Below are positions 8,737-16,228 of a stretch of DNA of 47,637 nucleotides, one piece after another. Under the pieces are notes generated by a model that saw only the letters and a list, made by a program, of their open reading frames with translations, made no database searches and was not told the DNA's origin. The position numbers and the translations under genes were made by a program. Location of the stretch: positions 1-47,637 of the IMG/VR virus record IMGVR_UViG_3300036520_000011, one strand, 5' to 3'. This stretch comes from a virus (taxonomy: Duplodnaviria; Caudoviricetes). How positions within the stretch are numbered: position 1 is the stretch's first letter; each line of letters opens with the position of its first letter.

Positions 8737-8823
8737 GCGGCGAAAATGCTGCGAAGGCGCTGCTCGGCATAGCGGCATAAACGCTGTTGCCCTCACGGCA
8801 GAAATGCAGCATTAATGCCGCTA
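8737..8823. promoter_or_regulatory. Right operator region with three to four operator-like sites
   Basis: GCGGCGAAAATGCTGC, AGCGGCATAAACGCTGTT and GCAGCATTAATGCCGCT match the left operator motif. Confidence 0.8.
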
Positions 8824-9066
8824 ATGACGGAAAAGCAGCCCTCAGACCTGGTCCTGCAGTTCGAGCGCGAGTGCGCGGCCGCCGACATCCGGCCGACCGC
8901 AGCCCTCAAGACTGGCGGGGTGCACCCGACGCTCTGGAAGAAGTGGCGCGACGGCTCGGCCTCGCCGACGCTGCGCAACTTCGATGCGGCCCGGGCAGGG
9001 CTGCAGGTGCTCATTCGTCGGAAGGCCGCGAACAGCGGCGTCATCCCCCAAGACGCTGCGGCCTGA
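8824..9066 (+). CDS. Cro-like HTH regulator
   Basis: Small HTH (GGVHPTLWKKWRDGSASPTL), divergent from cI. Confidence 0.8.
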   Translation: MTEKQPSDLVLQFERECAAADIRPTAALKTGGVHPTLWKKWRDGSASPTLRNFDAARAGLQVLIRRKAANSGVIPQDAAA

Positions 9067-9191
9067 TCGTGCCGCCGCGCCTTCACCTTTCGCGCGCACT
9101 TGAACAGCCCCCAGCCCTGGGCGCGCGGAACCGGCCGGGGAGCGATCCAAGGCGCTCCCCGGCCACCCTCATCAGTCATGCTCGTCCCGGC

Positions 9192-9407
9192 TCAGCCGGT
9201 CGTTCCGCAAACCCGAGTAGCGGGCCCGGCGCCAACCGGACCCGCGCATCTCGTCATCGCCAGCGCCAATCCGCGCTGCCTCAGGTGTCGCCCGTAGCGC
9301 CGCAGGATCTCCGCGGTAGCCGGGTCATGTTCCGCGGCGGCGGTCTCGCATCGTCTCGCCGCGTCGAAGTGCTCTCTAACTACGTCCAGCCGAACCAGAA
9401 CTCCCAT
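9192..9407 (-). CDS. Small antisense hypothetical protein (71 aa) between cro and the cII-like gene
   Basis: GGAG RBS 8 nt before the ATG; helical-looking sequence MGVLVRLDVVREHFDAARRCE. Confidence 0.4.
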   Translation of the reverse strand: MGVLVRLDVVREHFDAARRCETAAAEHDPATAEILRRYGRHLRQRGLALAMTRCAGPVGAGPATRVCGTTG

Positions 9408-9445
9408 GCTGCGCGCTCCAGCGCTCCCGACCGAGGTCAGCACCA

Positions 9446-9865
9446 ATGACCTGGACGGGAGCGCATTGCATGCGGGACGATCCGCAACTTTTGCAGCGGC
9501 GGCTGAGCGCCTTCGTGCGCCAGCACGGCACGGCCAAGCAGCTGGCCGAGCGCATCGAGTGCGACGTCCGCACGGCCGAGAACATCCGCCAGGGCCACTG
9601 GCCGATCGCCCGCCACTGGCTGGGCCTGCTCCGCGCCTTCGGTGACGACCTGACCGAAGCCGTTTTCCACCCTGAGCGCGCCGTCGAGCGCCTCGAACGT
9701 GAGGTCCAAGAACTTGAAGCCGCCGCTGCGAGAGCACGGGCCGAGCTTCGCCAGGTGGAGGGCTCTGATCCTCGCCTTCCGAAGGCTGTGGCTCCGAATG
9801 AAGACCGGGCCGCCGGCCTGAACGGGCGCTCCTACGCCCCGCGCGATCAACACCCCCCGACCTGA
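9446..9865 (+). CDS. CII-position HTH regulator with coiled coil
   Basis: TAKQLAERIECDVRTAENIRQG HTH; position after cro. The start may be 9470. Confidence 0.7.
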   Translation: MTWTGAHCMRDDPQLLQRRLSAFVRQHGTAKQLAERIECDVRTAENIRQGHWPIARHWLGLLRAFGDDLTEAVFHPERAVERLEREVQELEAAAARARAELRQVEGSDPRLPKAVAPNEDRAAGLNGRSYAPRDQHPPT

Positions 9866-9921
9866 CGGATGGCCCCGACCGGCCGCCGGGGATGCGCGGC
9901 CTAAGCGAAGGAGGGTCCGGA

Positions 9922-10611
9922 GTGGCCCACGAAAGCGAAGAGACGGGAGCAACCCCGGGCGTCGGCCACAATGGCGACGTGCCGGAAGAGGCGCTGTTCC
10001 TCAGCCACCTGAACAAGCTGCGCAAGCAGGCTGGTGTGGTGGCCGAGAAGAAGGCCGCCTACGACGCCGAGAAGGCGACCATGACGGACCTGTTCCGCAT
10101 GGCGAAGGTCGACGGCTTCACCCGCAAGGAGCTGCAGGCGATCCTCGATGACACGTCGGCGGCCGAACCCGGCGCCCGGCGCGACCTGGTGGCCGAGGAA
10201 GAGCGTCGCGCCAAGCTGCGCGCCTGGGCCGGTCTGCCGGCCGGCTCACAAGGCGACCTGTTCGACACCGCCACGCCGCAGGAAGCCAAAGACGAGCTCT
10301 TCTACGAGGGCCTCGGCTACGCGGCCGGTCTTCGTGGCGACGACGCCACGGCGCCGACCGACGTGCCTCCGCGCTTCGTCCAGGCGTGGCTGCGCGGTCG
10401 CATGTCTGGCCAGGAGAAGCTGGCGTGGGGCTTGGCTGAAGCGGGCAGGGTAGTGGACCGCAAGCCGGACGCCAACGCTGCGCCGGTCGAGCTTGAGCCT
10501 GAGCCGGAAGAAGAGTTCGACCCCGACGCCGCGGCGCGGAAGCTGAAGAACGACCCGGCCTTCATGGACCGCTCGGCGCCCGACGCCGATGAGCTGGACG
10601 AGGCCGCTTGA
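9922..10611 (+). CDS. GapR/DUF2312-like N-terminus fused to an RMF-like C-terminal motif
   Basis: GHN motif and DLFRMAKVDGFTRKELQAIL; C-terminal GYAAGLRG...P...WLRG; GGAGG RBS. Confidence 0.6.
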   Translation: MAHESEETGATPGVGHNGDVPEEALFLSHLNKLRKQAGVVAEKKAAYDAEKATMTDLFRMAKVDGFTRKELQAILDDTSAAEPGARRDLVAEEERRAKLRAWAGLPAGSQGDLFDTATPQEAKDELFYEGLGYAAGLRGDDATAPTDVPPRFVQAWLRGRMSGQEKLAWGLAEAGRVVDRKPDANAAPVELEPEPEEEFDPDAAARKLKNDPAFMDRSAPDADELDEAA

Positions 10612-11039
10612 TGGCCGCCGCCGCTCCGGCAGGGCTGCGTGCCGGTGGTCTTCCGCGTCGGAAGCCCCGGGCCCGTGAACTCCCGCTGCACATTGCGGCG
10701 GCGAGCTTCATGGCGCGCGCCCTGCCGGAAGGCGTGCTCTGGTCCCATTTCCCCGCCGGTGAAAAGCGCGACGGCCGCGCCGCCTCCAAGCTGAAGGCCA
10801 TGGGCCTAAAGCCCGGCTGGCCCGACTTCATCCTGGTGCTGCCTGACGGGCGGGCCGGGTTCATTGAGCTCAAGGCCAAGGGCGGCTCGCTGTCGCCGGA
10901 TCAGAAGGCCTTCGAAAAGTCGGCCAAGGCGCTCGGCGCCCGCCACGCGGAGTGCCGCTCGCTCGAAGAGGTCGAGTATGCGCTATCCCGCTGGCTGCAG
11001 CCTCACGGCCTGGTTCTGCGCGTGAGGATCGCGGCATGA
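10608..11039 (+). CDS. VRR-NUC domain nuclease
   Basis: LKAMGLKPGWPDF...FIELK...LSPDQKAF. Confidence 0.85.
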   Translation: MMAAAAPAGLRAGGLPRRKPRARELPLHIAAASFMARALPEGVLWSHFPAGEKRDGRAASKLKAMGLKPGWPDFILVLPDGRAGFIELKAKGGSLSPDQKAFEKSAKALGARHAECRSLEEVEYALSRWLQPHGLVLRVRIAA

Positions 11040-11260
11040 CGCGGGCGCTGCAGAACTTCCACGGCGCGGCCCGTTCGCAGGAGCGACGCACCCGAGCCGC
11101 TGAGCCGGACGCGACTGAGCGCGCGACGGTGGAGCGCATGCTCGGCTTCCGCGCGTCGTGGGCATCGATCGCGCTGGCTATCGGCCGAACGATCCCGACC
11201 ACGCGCCGGCTGTACGACCCGACCTATGAGGCGTCCGGCGCGCCCGAGGTGGCGGCATGA
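11036..11260 (+). CDS. Small HTH protein
   Basis: ASWASIALAIGRTIPTTRR; ATGA-coupled. Confidence 0.65.
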   Translation: MTRALQNFHGAARSQERRTRAAEPDATERATVERMLGFRASWASIALAIGRTIPTTRRLYDPTYEASGAPEVAA

Positions 11261-11973
11261 CCAGACGACTCCGGCACCTGTTCGGCAGGTGGCTTTCTCA
11301 TCGACGCGGCGATCTCGTCTCGAAGGGTCTTGGGAATTTCGGCTTCTACTCTGGCCTTCACGTGCAGCAGCTGGCGCCTGGCCCAGCGCAGTTGCTCAGC
11401 GTAGCCACGCAGTTCCTGCAGCCTCTCCGCAAAATCGATAGGCTCGGACCCCTCGACGGAGCCGCCTTCCTTCTCAACTTCGAGGAAGTCGAGCGGGCTA
11501 CGCAAAACCTCTCTGGACGTAGGCATCTCATCGACGGTTGCAGCTGCTTCTTCCAGCACCTGCTCGATCGCAGTCAGCGGCCATACGAGCGCCGGTTCTT
11601 CTATCCAGTGGGTCAGGTAGGTATTCGCCCGCCGTACCGAGACCCTCAGATCACGCGCCCATGCGGCCGTATCATAGTGGACCGGCTCGTATGCCAGGAG
11701 CTTCGTCGACACATTCTGCGCGTCGTCGATCAGCTCGTTCAGCTTGTCCAGCGAGCGCTCATTGATCCCGATCGCGTGGAGGGTCACACGAGCAGTCTCG
11801 TACCGCGCTTCTTCCTTCGTGCGTTTCCGCTCCAGGCCCGGAACGACGAAAGCCGTGACCACAACCCCGGCGTTTACGACAGCGCTGATGGCGGCGACCC
11901 AGACGGCCCACCACGCCGCTTCTCCCGCCATGGCCGCCCAGTAGATCGTCTTGGGATCTGCGATTTCCTGCAT
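11224..11973 (-). CDS. Antisense accessory gene 3: N-terminal TM, helical protein
   Basis: TM WAVWVAAISAVVNAGVVVTAFVVP; candidate -10 GTGCTACCTC upstream; paralogous to gene 4. Confidence 0.8.
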   Translation of the reverse strand: MQEIADPKTIYWAAMAGEAAWWAVWVAAISAVVNAGVVVTAFVVPGLERKRTKEEARYETARVTLHAIGINERSLDKLNELIDDAQNVSTKLLAYEPVHYDTAAWARDLRVSVRRANTYLTHWIEEPALVWPLTAIEQVLEEAAATVDEMPTSREVLRSPLDFLEVEKEGGSVEGSEPIDFAERLQELRGYAEQLRWARRQLLHVKARVEAEIPKTLRDEIAASMRKPPAEQVPESSGHAATSGAPDAS

Positions 11974-12042
11974 TCCGCCCCCCAGCGCCTGCCCACCAGA
12001 GGTAGCACGCGCGGCGCGGCCGTCCACGCGAGGGCGGCATGA
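11257..12042 (+). other. Bridge ORF 3 (261 codons) spanning accessory gene 3
   Basis: ATGA overlaps at both ends (11257-11260 and 12039-12042), each within GGCGGCATGA; ends in -AA. Confidence 0.55.
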
Positions 12043-13196
12043 GCGTCCGCATCCTCATCGGCGACGTGCGCGAGAAGCTGCGCGAGCTGCCGGCCGACTC
12101 TTTCGACTGCGTCGTCACCTCGCCGCCGTACTGGGGTCTCCGGGACTACGGAGTCGAGGGGCAGATCGGGCGCGAGCGCAGCCTTGGTGAGCACCTTGCC
12201 GTGATGGTCGAGGTGTTCCGTGAGGTGCACCGAGTCCTGAAGCAGCACGGCACGCTCTGGCTGAACTACGGGGATTGCTACGCGGCGGCGCCGAACGGCA
12301 AGTCGGCCGCAGCCTACAAGGAGGAGGGGAGCGAGGACCGCACCTTCCGGGATAAGCCGTTCTCCACCGTCGGGCCAATCTACGATCCCCACTACGCCAC
12401 TGCTCGAGGCAAGTTCACCGGCACCGATCTCGGTGTGGGTGGGGTCGGTACGCGCCGTCTCGATCACGGCGGCAGGGTCGTCGCAGGCGGCCTCCTGAAG
12501 CCCAAAGACCTTTGCATGATCCCGAACCGGCTCGCGATCGCGCTGCAGGACGATGGCTGGTACGTCCGATCCGAAATCATCTGGCACAAGCCGAACCCGA
12601 TGCCGGAGTCGGTCTACGACCGGCCCACCTCGGCGCACGAGAAGATCTGGCTCCTCACGAAGGGCGAGGACTACTTCTACAACCACGAGGCCATCAGGGA
12701 GCCTGTCACCGGCGGCACGCACCCGCGCCGAGCGGGGCCGAATAGCCGTCAGAACGTCGATCGCGTCCCGGTGCGCAGGAAGACGGTCGCGCCTGGCCTG
12801 GGCATCAAGAACAACAGCAGCTTCGACGCCGCGCTGGACAATCACACTTCAGAGACGCGCAATGCGCGCAACGTCTGGACCATCGCGCCGCGCGCCTTCC
12901 GCGAGGCGCACTTCGCAACCTTCCCGCCGGCGCTCGCGGAGCGCTGCCTGAAGGCGGGCGCGCCTCCGACGATCTGCGCCGCATGCGGCTCGATCGAGGG
13001 CTGCGGCGGAATCTGCGAGGTGTTCGGTCGCCGACCCGGTCATGTACTCGACCCGTTCGGCGGGGCCGGCACGGTCGGTCTTGTTGCGGAGCAGCTCGGC
13101 CTCGACTGCACGCTGATCGAACTGAACCCTGAATACGCCGCGATAGCAGAGCGCCGGATCCTGGGCGGCGCGCCGTCTGAAGCGGAGGCCGCATGA
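12039..13196 (+). CDS. Orphan DNA amino-methyltransferase (N4-C/N6-A, beta class)
   Basis: TSPPY motif IV before VLDPFGGAGT motif I; HFATFP. Confidence 0.92.
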   Translation: MSVRILIGDVREKLRELPADSFDCVVTSPPYWGLRDYGVEGQIGRERSLGEHLAVMVEVFREVHRVLKQHGTLWLNYGDCYAAAPNGKSAAAYKEEGSEDRTFRDKPFSTVGPIYDPHYATARGKFTGTDLGVGGVGTRRLDHGGRVVAGGLLKPKDLCMIPNRLAIALQDDGWYVRSEIIWHKPNPMPESVYDRPTSAHEKIWLLTKGEDYFYNHEAIREPVTGGTHPRRAGPNSRQNVDRVPVRRKTVAPGLGIKNNSSFDAALDNHTSETRNARNVWTIAPRAFREAHFATFPPALAERCLKAGAPPTICAACGSIEGCGGICEVFGRRPGHVLDPFGGAGTVGLVAEQLGLDCTLIELNPEYAAIAERRILGGAPSEAEAA

Positions 13197-13576
13197 CGGG
13201 CCACGTCTCCCTCGCGCTGCTCGGCCTGATGAAGCCACGTGTCGGCCCCTGCAGCACGCCGCGCACACGCTTGTGGTCGGCCGAAGAAGACCGGATCCTG
13301 GACCGTACCCGGCACCTGCAGCCCGGTCAGGTTGCCGATGTGCTGCAGGGCCACGGCTTCACGCGTGGCTCCGAGGCGATCGCGTCGCGCCGGGGCATCC
13401 GCTACGGCTCCCGCCGGCCGCTGACGATCCTGGAAGCGCTCGAGTTCGGCCTCGACCTGCTGCACCCACCGGCGACCGACTGGCCGAAGCTGGAAGGGAC
13501 ACACGAAGAGCGCGATCGCGCTTACTGGCGTCTGCTCTGCGAGGAGCAGCTCGTCATGCTCCGGAGGGCTGCCTGA
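13193..13576 (+). CDS. Hypothetical protein with Myb/HTH-like WS.EED motif
   Basis: Coupled on both sides; LWSAEEDRIL. Confidence 0.7.
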   Translation: MTGHVSLALLGLMKPRVGPCSTPRTRLWSAEEDRILDRTRHLQPGQVADVLQGHGFTRGSEAIASRRGIRYGSRRPLTILEALEFGLDLLHPPATDWPKLEGTHEERDRAYWRLLCEEQLVMLRRAA

Positions 13577-14412
13577 TGGCCGCCCCTCCGTATCAGAAGC
13601 TCTTCTGGGGCTCGTACCACAAGCACACCGCGCACCTGCTGCACGCGCGGGAGCACGGGGCATACCTGCTGCTCATCGGGGCGCTGTGGAACAACGACGG
13701 GCGCCTGCCGGCGGACGACAACACCCTGGCTTCTTACGCGAAGCTCACGCCCAAGGAGTGGCAGGCGATCAAGCCGAAGCTGATGCCGCTCTTCCGTGTC
13801 GTGCGTGGCAAGCTGACCCAGCCTCGCGTGTCCGAGGATTTGGCCAAGTACCGTGACACTTCCTGTAAGCGCAAAGAGGCCGGAAAAGCGGGTGGCATCG
13901 CAAGCGCTAGAAAGAACTCAGGAAATGGCGCAGCAAATGCTCCGCGTTTGCCGACAAAACCAGAACCAGAACCAGAACCAAATATAGATGCTGCTGAAGA
14001 GCGCGGGCGCGAGAGCGCTGCGCCTGCCGACGACTGGCCTCCCGAAGGCAGGCCCGCCGATGTGCTCGTCCAGCTGATCGACAGCCCCCACCTCGACCCG
14101 AACCGCTCGCCGACGCTGGTGACGACGGCGGGTCGGGTCTCGGCCTGGCGCCGGGAAGGGGCGTCCTGGGTCCAGGACGTCATCCCCGTCGTCTCGGGTC
14201 TCGTCCAGCGTGCGCGAAGTCCCATCGGCTCCTGGAAGTTCTTCGACGCCGCCGTCGCCCAGTCGATCGCCGACAACCGCCAAGCCCTCACCATCCCCGA
14301 GGCCCGCCATGACCGCCCCGACCACAGTCCAGCCCCATCTGCCCGCCTTGGCGAGCGCCAAGCCAATCTGGAACGAGCTCTCGCGGGAGCTCGGCGAGCG
14401 GCTACGTCGTGA
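13576..14412 (+). CDS. Replication initiator, YdaU/DUF1376-like
   Basis: T.HL...EHGAYLLLI..W...G.LP.DD..LA; PEPEPEP linker; internal AT-rich patch about 13850-14000 (possible origin). Confidence 0.8.
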   Translation: MAAPPYQKLFWGSYHKHTAHLLHAREHGAYLLLIGALWNNDGRLPADDNTLASYAKLTPKEWQAIKPKLMPLFRVVRGKLTQPRVSEDLAKYRDTSCKRKEAGKAGGIASARKNSGNGAANAPRLPTKPEPEPEPNIDAAEERGRESAAPADDWPPEGRPADVLVQLIDSPHLDPNRSPTLVTTAGRVSAWRREGASWVQDVIPVVSGLVQRARSPIGSWKFFDAAVAQSIADNRQALTIPEARHDRPDHSPAPSARLGERQANLERALAGARRAATS

Positions 14413-15001
14413 CCAGCCTGCCGAGCAGACAGCGCACGAGGTCGCCGAAAGCCCGAGGCTGCGGCAGGAGGCGAGCGCCGCCTTGCCAAAGCTCGAAGCC
14501 GCGGCGGCGCCGTGCGGAGAGGCGGGCGTGATGGCCGCGGTGTCGCCGCTCTTCGCCGTCTTCCCGCCGCCGCAGCGCTCCGAGGCGGAGTGGGCGACCT
14601 GGTGGGCGGCCTATTTCGAGGACCTCGGCTTCCTGCCGCTGGAGGCGCTGAAGGACGCGGTTCGCGAGTTCCGGCGCCAGGGCGACGCGGAGTTTTTCCC
14701 CAAGCCGGGCAAGCTGCGGGACCTCGCCACCCGCCACGCAGCGCCGGTGCAGCGAGCGCTCTTCCGGTGCAAGCTTGCCCTGCAGCAGCCGGAGCCGCGG
14801 GAGATCACGGCGGAGGAGCGGGATCAGCGCCGGCAGCTGGTGGCGCAGACCCTGGCCCAGCTATCGGCGCGGCAGCCGACTACGCCCGAGAAGCCGATCC
14901 TTCCTCCGGTGCGGCCGCCCCTTGTCGCCGGCGGGATCACGCCTGAGATGGCTGCCCGCCTTCAGCCGGTGGAAGAGTTTGCCGGGGAGCCTGTTCGATG
15001 A
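14309..15001 (+). CDS. Replication-associated protein (helicase-loader position)
   Basis: Y.EDL..LP.EAL..AV..FRR....FFPKPG pattern; follows the initiator. Confidence 0.65.
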   Translation: MTAPTTVQPHLPALASAKPIWNELSRELGERLRRDQPAEQTAHEVAESPRLRQEASAALPKLEAAAAPCGEAGVMAAVSPLFAVFPPPQRSEAEWATWWAAYFEDLGFLPLEALKDAVREFRRQGDAEFFPKPGKLRDLATRHAAPVQRALFRCKLALQQPEPREITAEERDQRRQLVAQTLAQLSARQPTTPEKPILPPVRPPLVAGGITPEMAARLQPVEEFAGEPVR

Positions 15002-15747
15002 GCCGCCATGCAGAGCAGGATCGGTGCCGAACCGCGAACGAACCCAGCGTGACGTCTCAGCGACCGTCAAGCTTTGGCTCGCAGCAGTTTCCGGCGCACC
15101 GCCGCTCGTTTCCGCTGCTTCGAAGCCGTTCGAGCTTCCGAGTACGAATCCAGAAAGTTGCGGTGCAGCCGCAGCCGCTCGGCGGCTTCAAATGTAGCCA
15201 ATCTCACCGTGCTCAGGGCGGCGTTCGGATTTTGCTGCGGATCGAAATCCTTCAGCTCGTCATCCAGAAGCTTGATGAGGTCTTCAAGCTCGTGCTGCGT
15301 CCTCGTCAGCGGCTCGATCAAGGCGGGATCGAAAATCCAGTTGTTCAAGTACCGCTCTACCCGGGACGCTTCGATGGTGAACTCTCGGCGCCATCGCTTC
15401 ATTGCTCGCAGAGCGTCGATGTTCATCGCAGGGTGTTTCGCTCGCATGGCCTCGTCGAAGGTCGACTGAACCGCAGCAATTCCCGCGCTGCCGGCGCTGG
15501 CAGAGACCAAGTCGATCCGCTCCTCCTCCGCCGCCTGATCCCTCTTGTAAAGCCAGTGGGCGTAGGCCGGCGAAGCGACGGCCACGATCACAACCAGAAA
15601 GTTGATGAATGTAGCTGTTCGGGTGGCCTCATAGGTGGCCCATGCTGCACCCGCAGAACTGATGGCCGCCGCTGCCGAAGTCAGTTCGAGAATGTCATTG
15701 GCCACGAGCGTCCTCTCTTTCGCGGCCCTACTTCGAGACGAGTCGTT
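14998..15747 (+). other. Bridge ORF 4 (250 codons), in frame with the downstream nuclease gene
   Basis: ATGA overlap at 14998-15001 with a GGGGAG RBS; no stop before the nuclease ATG at 15748 (same frame). Confidence 0.5.
15067..15705 (-). CDS. Antisense accessory gene 4: N-terminal TM, helical protein
   Basis: GTG start with GAGAGG RBS; TM FINFLVVIVAVASP; shares YL..WI..PAL..PLT with gene 3. Confidence 0.8.
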   Translation of the reverse strand: MANDILELTSAAAAISSAGAAWATYEATRTATFINFLVVIVAVASPAYAHWLYKRDQAAEEERIDLVSASAGSAGIAAVQSTFDEAMRAKHPAMNIDALRAMKRWRREFTIEASRVERYLNNWIFDPALIEPLTRTQHELEDLIKLLDDELKDFDPQQNPNAALSTVRLATFEAAERLRLHRNFLDSYSEARTASKQRKRAAVRRKLLRAKA

Positions 15748-16167
15748 ATGGTCCGCCACCTCAAGTATGCGGCCGCTCTGCTCCTAGTGGCCGGCCCGGT
15801 CATCGCGGACCCCTGCGAAGCCCCTGTCTCCGGCTACAAGCCCGGCGCCACGGTGGCCGGCACTGTGCGCTACGTGGGGGACGGCGACAGCATCTGCATC
15901 GGGCCCGGCGCCGACCCGCGGACGTGGACGGAGATCCGCCTCGCCGATCTCTACGCCCCCGAGCTGAACGCGCCCGGCGGCCGAGAGGCCAAGGCCACCA
16001 TGGAGCGCATGGCCAAGGGAAAGCGCGCCGTCTGCACCGCCCGCCTGAACAACCGCGGCGACAGCACCCGATCACATGACCGGCTCGTCGCCAGCTGCAC
16101 GGTCAACGGCCGCAGCCTGGCCGAGCTGATGAGATCGGCCGGAGTACGGGAGGGCGGCAACCGATGA
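15748..16167 (+). CDS. Exported thermonuclease (SNase-like) protein
   Basis: Signal peptide; GDGDS, IRLADLYAPE and R.VA.C motifs. Confidence 0.85.
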   Translation: MVRHLKYAAALLLVAGPVIADPCEAPVSGYKPGATVAGTVRYVGDGDSICIGPGADPRTWTEIRLADLYAPELNAPGGREAKATMERMAKGKRAVCTARLNNRGDSTRSHDRLVASCTVNGRSLAELMRSAGVREGGNR

Positions 16168-16228
16168 ACGACAGATTGAGCCTGCGCCGTGGATGCTCGG
16201 ACGCCTTGGTAGATAGCGGGGTGGTCCT

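Noticed and set aside
12039-13196. Restriction-modification system
   Set aside because: No cognate restriction enzyme is adjacent; VRR-NUC is a usual phage resolvase-type nuclease, so this is an orphan MTase.
13273-13575. ORF-track N-terminal extension of the replication initiator
   Set aside because: It overlaps gene 13193-13576; the TGATG-coupled ATG at 13576 with a GGAGG RBS is the credible start.
13960-13980. CCAGAA tandem repeats as CRISPR or VNTR
   Set aside because: They encode the PEPEPEP linker typical of phage replication initiators; there are no spacers.
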